Below, piece after piece: positions 49,567 to 60,998 of a stretch of 64,000 nt of DNA. The position numbers and the translations under genes were made by a program. Source of the stretch: Vicugna vicugna (taxonomy: Eukaryota); contig MU061748.1 in the NCBI GenBank assembly GCA_013265495.1, forward strand, positions 21,405,235 to 21,469,234, given 5' to 3'. Each line of letters starts with the position of its first letter. Position 1 is the first letter of the stretch. The notes under the pieces were generated by a model. It searched no databases. It saw nothing but the letters and a program-made list of their open reading frames with translations, and was not told the origin of the DNA.

Positions 49567-51605
49567 CTGGTTTGGGGACAGGACGCTTGCTGCTCATCCG
49601 TGGCTCCAATGAACACCCCTCCTCCAGCCTTGCTACTGCTAATTCACCCTAAAACTAGTACCCGTTTTTTAAAAAGTGTTTTCACCTGGGTGACTTTCCC
49701 ACTGAGGATTCTATAAGGCCTTTCCCTTGACAGCTCTCGTCCTTCCTCCATTTCATCCTCCAACCAGCAAGCGATCAGGCGCCACTCGAAGGTCAACGCC
49801 GCGGTAGTTGCTTGCTCTGACCTATAAACTCTAATTTCCCTGGGAGAAATATGCCACACCGCCCTTGCATAAGAAGTTGCCAATTAACTATGAAGATGAG
49901 CAGCGGGGTCAGAGCACACGGGTCGCAGGCCGGGCTGAGCACAGGGGCTGCGAAGACAACAGGGCAGCAACCCACCGCCCAACGACATGCCGCAGCTAAA
50001 AACACAAAGGGAAACGGCAAGGCGAAGGCGGCAGAACGTAGAACAGCAAAGCAGAAGGGCAGCTATTCTTTGTGTTCAAAATGCTGCTTCTGCATCAGTT
50101 GGGCCTGGTAAAGAGAATCTTACCTTGTAAATTTTATGCAGCTGCTATTTTATGCAGTTTACTATGAGAAATTAGAATGCTAAGGAGTGTCATTATTCTC
50201 TTGGTGTTCTATTGTGGCAGCAGAGCAAAATGAAGGGACAAGGAAACAAAATAAGAAGGGCAAATAGATTAAAAAAATCACAAAGGGATCCTTTTTATAA
50301 AGTGGTTAACATTTTAGAAAGCTTTATGTAAAAGTGCACGAACCCTGAGTGGGAAATACGATTAGACCAGGAATCTACTGTATTGTTTGAAAGGAGGCAT
50401 TGAGGAGACAAACTCCTAAGTTCAGGAGAAGCTGCAGGTTAGCTAGAAATTGACTAGAGAAGGTCGGACTTTAGGGAAAGGGTATTGGGAATAGGGACAA
50501 ACAGACAGACATAACAATGAAAGAAAAGAAGCAAAACTATGGAATGCTTTCTATTCTTTTAACCATGACTGAAGACAGCCACGTACACTGTAAGAATCTG
50601 ACAGCAGCATTAAAGGTCATGGTCAAAGCTGCACTGTGTGTGTATATATACATACACACAGTCCATCTCTAGTTGCCTGAGGAAAAACATGTAAATGAAT
50701 AGCAAAGTAATCAGGAGTGGAACCACACCTGTTCTAGCAGGCAGCGCCTTAGCAGACGGTCTGGGGGAGAGTGTGAGTTTGTAGTATGCAAAAAGAATGA
50801 TGTACAAAAGGGAGAGCACATACAAGGGGTGACCCGTGCTGAGCGTCCTCTCCTTGGACTCTGAACATGTCAGTGTAAATAATAAACCGCACAGCTGCAC
50901 GGTCATGTTGACCTGCCTGTACTGTCAGTACTTGGGGGGAAAGATGCTCACTCCATGGTGCCCCCATAACACTGAGAGCAGCTGCTTCTCAGTTGCTTGC
51001 CCTACTCTAACCAACACTCAAAGTATTGGATTCATCTTGAGAAGAGGGAGGGAAAGAGAGTCAGCACTGAGTACGGGAGCAGAGAGACACTGATGAAGGT
51101 TGGAACAGTCCAGAAACACTTCCAGAAGGAGCTGAGACACAACACGAGTCCTGTGTGATGGGGACAAATTTGGATAAACAGAGGAAGAGAGGTGTGCAGA
51201 GACCACCAACTGCTATTCAACATGTGTTCTCCCCTTCTTCCTTAATAAAAAAAAACTTCTATTTTATTCCTACATGCCCACCTAACACAATGTAGTTCCC
51301 AGGCTCTTTTGCAGTAGGAGTGGTTAAGAGGATAAAGCAAGTTATTTAACATTCTGCTATATTTCCTGCAGATATTACTGATGAGCTAAATTTAAAGAAC
51401 TAGATCTTTCAATCCAACGCTCCCAGATTTATATTTAAATAGCTCAAATGACTCATACAAAGACATGAAGGCACACTGATAATCTGTCATCTGATCAACT
51501 AAAGTAATAATCTTGTTTACCTCAGACCTTAACAATCAAATGCTATACAGTAATAGAGTGTCTTGGAAAGAATAAAGTTTTGACTTCACAACTAAATTTT
51601 ATTAC

Positions 51606-51677
51606 CTGAGCACGGAGCCATTATCTGCAAGTTTAATGAAGTTCCCGTCTTCCAGATCCAATGCCAGGCCCTTGCAA
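51606..51677 (-). CDS. NT5DC1: NT5DC1 coding exon 3
   Basis: Acceptor ...ttttctattttag, then 72 nt encoding (C)CKGLALDLEDGNFIKLADNGSVL(R), then a GTAAT donor. Frame is continuous. Confidence 0.95.
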
Positions 51678-52021
51678 CTAAAATAGAAAAGTTTGATTAC
51701 CAATCAATTCATGTATTTACCTAACCCAACAAATTATAATCTATATTTTCAAAAAGTCACAATGCTAAAAAAGAGATTCTCTCACTCAGATGAATGATAT
51801 GTTAATCAAACAAGTAAAAATGTCCAGGCATTCCAAAATTAAATATCACTTTCAGAGAAAGTATGTAAGGAAAACTTATATGGGTAAAGCAAGGACAGCA
51901 TGTTTAGTGTATAAAATCTTTGAGCTTTTAAAAAGAGGAATAAAAAACTCAAAGAGAACAAAAAACGAACATCACTGCATGTCTCTGTTAAAATGTACAA
52001 ATGTATTCCATTAATAAAACA

Positions 52022-52036
52022 CACACACACACACAC
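52022..52036. repeat. Short (CA)n microsatellite
   Basis: Read directly. Confidence 0.85.
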
Positions 52037-53097
52037 AAGCACACATTCACATTCTACAAGTTAAGATCTTAGCCACAATCTTCTCTGTACTCTTTAGAAT
52101 CTGCCTCAATTTAGGTCAGGTTGTCAGAACTAGCCCTCTGGGCAAGGTGCATTATTGAAAACCACTAAAAGAAAGTCAAATACTAAGTTTAGGTTTTTCA
52201 TTGTAAAAGACTTATGGGACCTGGGGAGGAAAGTGGGTACAGATTCATTATTATGAATAATAAAAGCAAGAAGGAATAATAGCCACCAAATACCAAGAGA
52301 AACAAAAAGAAGTGACAGGGTACTTTAGGCGCATTATTTACTTTGGTCCACAGTAAAATTTTCAGAGTCAGCGGCTTCATATAGCAAAATGTTTGTTTCT
52401 TCCTTTCCCAAAAGGGATAAATCAAAGAGAACTAACTAAATGTTGGAGGAATGTATAATAGAGGAACGCTGTTGCTATAGGATTATTTCTGTATGTTTTT
52501 TTCATATGTTTTAGGACTACCATTAATTTTCAACCAAACAATTTAAAGTGGCTTAACAGTAATTTTGTTTGTTTTCTGTTGTTTAAATGAGGAAGAAAGA
52601 CAAAAGAGGCCTTGGGAATTTAAGACTCCTAACCCAGGAAGCATGTACGCAGTCAGGGCCTCAGAAAAAGGAACAGCTACACAAACTACAGAAAAACAAA
52701 TGTCCTAATTCATCACTCAAAACATGATGATTTCCTCTTTTCCTATAGTTCTGTATTTGAAGGGTAATAAAAGATGATTTTTTATAAAAGATTTAAGTTT
52801 TAGAGACAGTTCTTCATAACCATTGAAACTCTTAATCACAGACTTAAACCAGGAAAAAATATCCAAATTAGTCACATATGCTCTTAGCTTATTTTCATAT
52901 TGAATTAAGCAAGTCTAAACTTAAAGTAGAAAAGACTTTAATTCATCAAACATAAAACTTTCAGTGTAGAAGGCATCTTGTCCTTTGACTCAATTTCACA
53001 TTTCACTTTCTGCCTCCATAGAAGAGGAAGCATTAAAATTTTTTCAGCAACATTTCAACATTTCAAAATGTGCGGACCTTAAAAAAAAGCTGCTCAC

Positions 53098-53189
53098 CAG
53101 AAATCCCAATCCTCTGGAGTCACAGTGAGCAATTCCTTGTCATACCCTTTCTCCTTGACCAGGAACTCAGCAAAGCTATTATAAATGAG
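53098..53189 (-). CDS. NT5DC1: NT5DC1 coding exon 2
   Basis: Acceptor ...ttatttacag, then 92 nt encoding LIYNSFAEFLVKEKGYDKELLTVTPEDWDF plus TG, then a GTGAGC donor. Phase is compatible with exons 1 and 3. Too short for the ORF track. Confidence 0.95.
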
Positions 53190-53602
53190 CTGTAAATAAG
53201 GGGAAGGAAAAAAGAGAGATTAAATGTAAAATTCACTATTTATTCTGAACTTCACAGACCTGAAAACCTAATGGAATCACTCATGGGACAGCTGGGAAGG
53301 AATCTGTAATATCTGTAATTGTCCAGCTCTGCAGCTTAACACCCTTCACAAGCAATGTATCCACCCCTGCGAGCCCCAGGTAGCTGTTGTGTCTTTTTTA
53401 TACCATTAGTGTCCAGTCATACAACCAAGGACAATTATTAATCTTACTCCCGAAGTCTAATGGGTTGGTTGGAGATCATTAAGTCTGACAAAGCTTTGTA
53501 AACTTACTTAACACATTACCGGACAACAAACACAATGACCATGCTATCATTACATCCATCCTCTGTCTGCCCTTGCTAGAAAGACCCCATTTTGGCTGAT
53601 AA

Positions 53603-54012
53603 TGTTAATTCATATATTGGCCCCCATGAAATGGAGGCTGCCCCACTGGCCCGGCCCATGTCACAAATCTAAACCTAAGTCTCAGCGTGCTCTTACAGAA
53701 ACCCCGTCAATGAAACCTAATTTACATCAATCACAGCCCCCCACATCAGCTTTAGCTCAGTTACTTTTACCCTGGAAAACAGGACCTGCTGTCCTGATCA
53801 GGAAATCCCAGACCTCCAACCAGTCATGACCTCTTTCTGCACTGTCTCTTTTAACCCTCTGTAAAACACTGTCTTGCCCCAGATCTCTGGGCAAGAGTGC
53901 TCACTGCAGGTGGGGCCCTGCACTCCCCCAATCCCTGAAATCCCTGGATTGTTTTTTCTAAATAAAGGACATCAAACTCATTACTAACTTCTTCTAGTTT
54001 TGTCATCTGACA
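53603..54012 (+). mobile_element. Possible degraded ERV/LTR remnant
   Basis: TG start, AATAAA at about 53960 and a ..TTTGTCATCTGACA end resemble an LTR. No TSD recovered. Confidence 0.35.
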
Positions 54013-55179
54013 CAGGGGAGTCTCAGAGAGAAACATACATGGGGATCAGACTGGTGATCTAAAGGAGGAATCACAGAGCCTCCATCAGACATAGGGAATC
54101 TTTTTTTTTCCCACCATAAGAAAAGCTGAGGAAATAGGAAAAAGGAAGCCTCTAGAAGCAAGCACAAAGATAAATGCCCCGTTTACAGTGGACAGACCCT
54201 CTGATTCTCAATAACAAAATCCTAGGTTTTTTGTTTTAAAGAGCTGGCTCAATTATTAAAGAATGCCAAACAAAAAGTCAGCAAAAGGTGGCTGAAGGTC
54301 TACATGGGCCTACCCTGTTCTCCTTCAGAAAAGTGTGCTGAACCCAGCATCAGATGCACTTGAACCTGAGGCAGAACAACGGTCCAGGGCCAGACCGAGC
54401 AGTGTCCAGGAGGACACACTGAGCAACCTGACCCTTCCTCTAAGATGTTAACCCATGACAGGTTCTCATAGCAGGGGACAGCACAAGGGGGAGTGGGAAC
54501 AGACTCAGCAGAGGGAGTGGGAGAAGGGGCTGTTTACACTGACACCTGCAAGACAGAGCAGTGAGCTGGGGAGGGCAGAGGGCAACCCAAGTCCAGGGGA
54601 CACATGGCTGAAATTGGGGGTTGGGGTTATGAGTGTTGGGAGATGCGTGTGGAGAAGGCAAAGGCTCCTTGTCTAATAGAGCTGTTCTCTGTAGCAGAGT
54701 GAATGAAAAGGACTACACATGTATCCCCACACAATGCAATGTGACCTTGATCCAGGTCAACTGTTCCCACACCTACATTAAGTCAACACTATGCATCACC
54801 AGTTCTCAACCCTGGTGGTGAGTCAGAACCCCAGGTGATGGTTCTTAAAATACACTGAGAAATTCCAAGCCTACAGATAGGGTGGGGCCTAAATGGGGCC
54901 CCTACAGGATTCCTGAAACCCAGCAATGACTGAAAATCATTGACTTATATGAATTTTCATTCCATCATTAAAAAAAAAAACCTCAGTCAAAGACATACTG
55001 AGACACTCTGAGGTACAAAGTACTACAGACAATAAAAAAATACACATAATGATCCTACCTGCAAGGAACCAGTGCCCTGGGATTAACAGATGTAAATCCC
55101 ACATGTAATATAAATCCCCAGGTGCTTAGAGTAGTGCCTGGCATACAAGTAAATTCAATTTAAGTATTGCTATTATTAT

Positions 55180-55305
55180 CAGTTGTGTGCTGGTTAAAAG
55201 AAAAGAAAAAAAAAAGGCCCTGACTTGCAGCGTTTGCTCATTTCCATGGTATAAATAATCCCACCATGGCCAGTTTCAAGCTACCAATGGTTACTGCACA
55301 CCATT
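55180..55305 (-). mobile_element. MER63-like hAT fragment
   Basis: TTCCATGGTATAAATAATCCCACCATGGCCAGTTTCAAGCTACC. Its reverse complement matches the 30.0-kb copy at 34 of 40 positions. Confidence 0.6.
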
Positions 55306-55828
55306 AGACTTGCTTCTGGCCAAGGTACTTTACTCGACTTTGGACAACTGGAGTTTCTCACTCCTTGATAATACTGATTAAGGTATGAGCATGTGATTCC
55401 AATGAGGTCAGATTCAGTCTGAAGAGAAAGGAGCCCTTTCCAGTAGCGCTGCCAGCAAGGGCGTCCACAGCTGTGTCCCCTTACCTCTGGAGGAGATGGC
55501 TCTGTAATAGGAGAGAATGGGGTCAATGGGGTCTAAGCAGAAGCAGAGAACGACAGTTGCTGAGAAAGGCAGGGAAGCCTGTGCCTTTGAAAGCCCTTTA
55601 CTAGTCCTGGGGCCTTGGCCCTTGGAGCTTTTCCTTAAATTATGTTGAGTCATTCCAAAAGCCCTCATGGCCCAGGGACTCCACCACCAGCCCCCTTGCT
55701 CTCCCAGCCTTAGCTACCTGTTACTCCCAACGGTCTCAGCTGACTAATTATCATGCACACGCCACAGCGGTTGCAAATTGGTGCCCTGTGGGTCCTGTAC
55801 AGACCACAAATTATGTCTGGCTCCCACC

Positions 55829-56022
55829 TAAGGCTGCCAGATAAAATCGGTGAAATACCTAGCTCAATCTGATTTTCGGCTAAACAACAAATAATTTTTT
55901 TTAAATATAAGCATACCCCATGCAATATTCGGAACATACGTATACTAAAAATGTTTTTGTCATTTGAAGTTCAAATTGAACTGAGTGTCCTGTATTCTTC
56001 TTTGCTAAATCTGGCAACCCTA
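55829..56022. mobile_element. MER53 palindromic MITE
   Basis: TIRs TAAGGCTGCCAGAT and ATCTGGCAACCCTA, 194 bp long, with internal imperfect dyad symmetry around CCCATGCAATATTCGG. Confidence 0.8.
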
Positions 56023-56379
56023 TAATCCTGCTGTTTGAAAATGAGCTGGCATTGGAAAATTGAGAGGCTTCTCATACAAGCTTAGATTTCTAACTTGTCT
56101 TGAGAGAATTAGATCTGGCAAGACTGAGCCTCTACCCCTCATGGCAAATGTTGGCAGGAGTTGAGCACGGCTGTGCCAGAGGAAGGGATGTGTGCACACC
56201 CTCCCAGCCACACATTTAGGTTAACTACCTGGCCCCCTACACTTCTGAGTCTGCAACCCCAGGAAGGCACAGGTGTCCTCATTTCTACACTACCTTTCCT
56301 GAGCCCCTAGATGAGGCGATATGCCCAGGTCTACGTTTGCCCAACACTCTGCACTTATTTAATGACTGAGACTGATGAG

Positions 56380-57345
56380 AGAGGCACTCACAGTGATCCG
56401 CGATGCAGCCGCCACTGCCATCTCCAGCATCAGCTCCTGCAACTCCCACCTTCTACTTGACATCCAGCAGTTCCAGCCACTGTTTCTTACCTCCAGGTCC
56501 TTGCCCTGGCCATATTTCCCCTGCCCAGAATGCTCCTCTCTGCCTCCTCACCTGCCAACCGTAACTCCTGTGCTAGAACCCAGCTCAAGCATCACTCACT
56601 CCAAGGCCTCTCCTCTGGGCTTGGCAGTGCACACAAAGCATGGTGATGGGGGACAGAAACCTGCCAGCCAGACCACCTAGCTGGGTGACTCTGGCTAAGC
56701 TATTTATCCTTTTTCTGACGTATTGTCCTCATCTCTAGGTGATGATAACATCAACCTCACACAGCTGTTGTGAGGATCAAACCAGTTTATACAAGCAGAA
56801 TACTTGTTAGAAATAATGGCTTAAGTGCCATATTCAGTTATCAAAATGTCTATTACTTATTCAATCACTCCACAATTATTTATTGAACCTCCTATTGCCA
56901 AGTAGTCAGCTCGGCACACAGAACACATGAAAACTGTCACAGACACTAGTGTCAAGGGGTCATGGCTCTAGGCAAAGACTGCAAGGAGTAAACAGGAAAA
57001 TTTAATGTTGTGTGTCAGTGCTATGAGAAATCAAGGTTTTTATGGAAAACTGGAGGTGGGATGGGACAGAAGGGTAAACTTTAGGGAGCAGGGCTATGTA
57101 AGATGAGACCTGCCAGATGAGGCAGGTTAGTATGACGTTAGTATGACGGAGGGAGGAGGGCCCCAGACACAGGTAACGAATAGCCCGCAGCAAGGTCCAG
57201 GCAATGCTGCCCTCACCACCGGGGACCAAAACTGACTTTCAGCATCTTTACCCTTTACAAGACCACCTAAGGCCTGTGTTAGCTCTGCGTCCCCAGCTCT
57301 GTCGTAGTGCTCAGCACACTGCTGGTACTTAATAAAATGTTTCTG
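56380..57345. mobile_element. Cluster of L2 (+), MIR (+, about 56675-56840) and L2 (- and +) fragments
   Basis: L2 text (ccctgcccagaatgctcctc; ttattcaatc..tttattgaacc; gtacttaataaaatgttt) and MIR text (ctgttgtgaggatcaaa). Approximate. Confidence 0.6.
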
Positions 57346-57964
57346 ACCCTAACAGGATCCAAACCGCATTAGGTTGGTGTTTTCAACCTTTACACATCAC
57401 TTATGTTCAAGGCTTGAGGTAAAGAACTCTTATCTTTTGAGGATCTTGTATTCTGAAACTTTATGCTGAGACATACACAAAATTCTCTTAAGATGTCAGT
57501 TCAGTGGTTTTAGCAGTATTTTTCTCCAATGAAGGTGACTAGAGAGATGCAAGAAAACACTAATCAGAAGATCTGAAAGGCAAAGGGAAGGAAAATTAGA
57601 ATCAAAGACCTAGAGGAAGTAGTGGCCAAAGGCTCAAGAAGAAAAGTCTCCTTAACTCTCAACATGACTAAGGAAACACCTGTATAGCAGAAAAGTATAA
57701 TAGCAGGAACAGTAGAATTTTTTTTTTCTTTTTAGCCTCCGTGCATAGAAAACATGAGTAATTCAGACACTGTTCTGACCTTTGACAGGTACCTAAACTG
57801 CTGATTGGGGCACTAACCTCTCCATAATGAGGAGCAGCCCTGGGTGATGTCTGCATCAGTGGCCTAGAATTCTACCCTTAAATAGTGAGGCTTGTAAATG
57901 GTTTGGGTGGTGATTCGACAAGTAAACACTTGTATGTGTCACACACAGCTCTTAGATACCCTAT

Positions 57965-58125
57965 ACCCATTTAATCCTTGCAACAGTCTTTCCAGGTAAA
58001 TCTAATTATTAGCTCCATTTTACACAAGAGGAAACTGAGAATAGACACAGGTTAAGTAACTTGCCCAAGGTCATAGAGCTAGTAACAGAGAAGCCAGTTT
58101 CCAAGCTAAGCAGTCTGACTGTGGA
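57965..58125 (-). mobile_element. MIR
   Basis: ccattttacacaagaggaaactgaga..ggttaagtaacttgcccaaggtcatagagctagtaa is the MIR core. Confidence 0.9.
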
Positions 58126-58479
58126 GTCCTTGTTTTGACTACCATAAACAGCTTTTTCCACTTGGATACTTAGACCATTGACTTTTTTAAAAAATCTGTT
58201 AATTTTTCACAATTAGTTTCCTTGTGAAACCAAAGAAATGGGGGAAGGAGAACAATTCGCTTAAGGGTACAGGTGTGGAACCACACAGACTTGACTTCCC
58301 GCTCTCTCCCAAAGTGCAGTGAGGACGCAAACTTCGCAGGCTGTGGCTGGAACTAGAACTTACTCAAGGTGCATGGAGCACGCAGTTGGTAAGCAATGTT
58401 TATTTCTTACTCTTGGTAAAAGGCAAAATTAGGACTAAGATCTTAATGACTTTTCGGTTAGTCTTCCTTCTTACACACC

Positions 58480-59530
58480 ACACAATCCCTCCCGACTGCA
58501 GTGCTTAAAAACTGACAGGTGGTCGTAGGGATGTACGAAAGAAAAAAAACGCAGCCAAGAAAAATACAAGTCTCTAACCAAGTGGCTGTGTCGGCGCTCC
58601 ACTGGCGGCCAGAATGATTAGCTGAGAAGTTCCAAGGTCGGGGATCTGCAAAGGACACCCCCAGTTCCCCAGCCCCGCCCTTCCTCTGCCCCAGGAACCG
58701 TTTCCCCAGCCTGATCTGATCTTGAACGATTTGACCTTCCTTCGCCCCTTGTCTTCCCTACCCATCTGTCAAACTTGGCTAAGGTATGGGCTAAATAAGC
58801 CGGTACCCAAAGCACGGGCGGGGACCGGGGGATGCACACTCCGCTCCGCCTCGCGGGGGGAGGCCGCGTTCTGCGCAAAGGCGCTGCGGCTGCAGGGCCC
58901 CGGCGACGCTCGCCGCCGCCTAAGCCGGGAGGAAACTCGAGCCCCAGGCGCCATGGAGGCTGCACGCCGTACGCCCCGGCAGCCCGCGCCACTCACCCGG
59001 GCGCTCTCGGGCAGGTTGTACCGACACAGAGTGTGATCCAGGTCGAAGCCGACCACGTCGCAGGCGGCCAGGGAGAAGTGCTGAGCCATAGCTGCGCGGG
59101 GAGCGCCGGCGAGCGTCCGGACGCGGGGACCAGCAAGACGCGGGCGGGCCGGCGGCTGCGGGACTAGCCCGGCAGGACGGGGCGGGGCGGGGCGGGGCGG
59201 GGCTGCGGCCGCCCCCTGGACGCCGCGCGACCGCCTCTCGCGTTTCCCGCGCTCGCCAGCGCCGCCCCCGGCCACGCTTCTGCCTGCCCTCCGCGGCCCG
59301 CCTTCCCCGCGCCCAGCCGGGCGGGTTCGCCGCCTGACGTTCACGCTGGTGCCCGCACGCCGGCTTCTGCCGCACTGTCACCTCCCTCATCCCCACCCCC
59401 GAGTCCCGCAGGCGGGATGTGACCAGGAGCCGCTTCTGCCGGAACTGGGGGCTCAACTAAGCCCCTGTTGGCACATAGCCTTGCCACAAAATTAACCGGG
59501 GCTCCCCTTCGCTTCCGAGGCATCAGGGAA
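58480..59530 (-). promoter_or_regulatory. NT5DC1: CpG island and TATA-less promoter of NT5DC1
   Basis: Dense CpG and very high GC spanning exon 1. Tandem GC boxes (GGGGC)5 at 59179-59203, TGACGT CRE-like half site at 59335-59340, ETS-like CTTCCG near 59512. Edges approximate. Confidence 0.85.
58997..59089 (-). CDS. NT5DC1: NT5DC1 coding exon 1 (5'-nucleotidase domain-containing 1, HAD superfamily)
   Basis: ATG at 59089. The 93 nt encode MAQHFSLAACDVVGFDLDHTLCRYNLPESAR, including HAD motif I (DxDxT = DLDHT). GTGAGT donor at 58996-58991. Matches the NT5DC1 N-terminus as I recall it. Confidence 0.97.
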
Positions 59531-60526
59531 ACCAAGAAACTGTCAAGTTACACCAGACCCTTTACTCTTGTGTGGGGAATAATACAAGATTTACGGAGAA
59601 AATTTCATCCACTAATATCCGTCTCACCCAATTAGTCTATTATTTGGGGAAAAAATTTTTTTTGGCCCACAAGGTTTCTAATTATGAGTTGCATAGACAG
59701 TTTTACATTCCATAGTATATTCCTAAGTATATTTCTAAGCAGTAAATGGGAGACCTTTCAACACCCCCTGGAGCACATTAGAAAATAAATTTATTAGAAA
59801 TCGTGAAGGACCGTTTTGCAAAATGACAATGATTAAGAAAACCAATATTGGTTATTTCTTTATTTGATTATCCTATTTTTTACTGTAATGAAGAATTTTC
59901 TTTGAAAGGACATTAGAAACTTCAGAGAACATACTACAGAAAGTAGAACTTTATGCAGACAGAAGATTTCACAGTTTATAGAACACACAATGATTTGAGT
60001 TACAGTGTTCTCAATTCTCTCAAGGACTGTGTGGAGCTAGTATCATTTTTGATGCATAGGAGAAAAGTTAATTCATTAAGTACAGCAGATGCTCAGGGCA
60101 TTTCATTCTAAGAACCCTTGGATATAAAGGTCGAGGACTTTGAGATCTTGAAAATCATTTAAAAGAGAAGATACAAATCTGGACATTAAAAAGAGGAAAT
60201 ATAAATTTATTAACTTTGTACTCCTGTTTTACATTTAAAAGAACACTTTGTCTAATGGGGAAAAAAATCAATAGCTATAACATGATGAAAATATAATTGA
60301 TTGGAAATTATATTTAACCCTTACAATATTAAGCCTTATGAGGCCAATAGACCAATCAAAAATTAATTAAGTGCAATAAATAGTTCAATCTGGTAGGACA
60401 CTTATCATACCTAGTGGATCCATTTGAATAAATTGATAACTTGTTCCATTATGACACTTAAAAGCCCCAAACAAATCTCTCTGGAATAGAAACAAGAAAG
60501 AATCTTCAAGATTAAGCTGTTCACTG

Positions 60527-60998
60527 TGTCAACTGAAACAAATGCACAGCCTAAAAGAGAGTTAGGGTTCATTTAGCAGGACTCGAGCTGGAATGACAGC
60601 CTCTCAGATCGCTCTGAGAAACTGCTCTGAAGAGACAGGGGAGGAGCTAAGATGTATAGGAGCTTTACGACAAAGACCAGGTAGTTGGAACATTAAAAGA
60701 TTATTTGTTAACTGAAGAAATCCAGACATCTCAAGTTAAAGACTTTAGCGTTTTCCTATGTATGGGAGGGAGCAAACATTTGGGCTCATTGAATTCATTC
60801 CTTTGACAAGCATATAGCTATCTAGGGCCAGTATCCTGTCCTTTCTTATTCTGAGTCCCCTCAGGATGCACCATTGTGAGTGGCTGCAGAGGCTGGGCTG
60901 CAGGCTTGTCTTCACTGCAGGGTGGCAGCACCTGCCATGATTTGCCGGCTTCAGCATTCTTTGTTTACTGATATGGTTTGCAGTATTTTTCGTTCACA
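60527..60998 (-). mobile_element. Solo ERV1-type LTR, 472 bp, with a perfect 4-bp TSD
   Basis: TG...CA termini, with ACTG at both 60523-60526 and 60999-61002. The family and minus orientation are inferred from resemblance to ERV1-class LTRs. Confidence 0.7.

Noticed and set aside
59090-59344. In-frame open stretch of 85 codons upstream of the NT5DC1 ATG (track ORF 58769..59344)
   Set aside because: It starts at GTG in about 80% GC sequence, where stops are rare. The product is low-complexity R/G/A, and the rest of the ORF runs into intron 1. It would need ribosome profiling.
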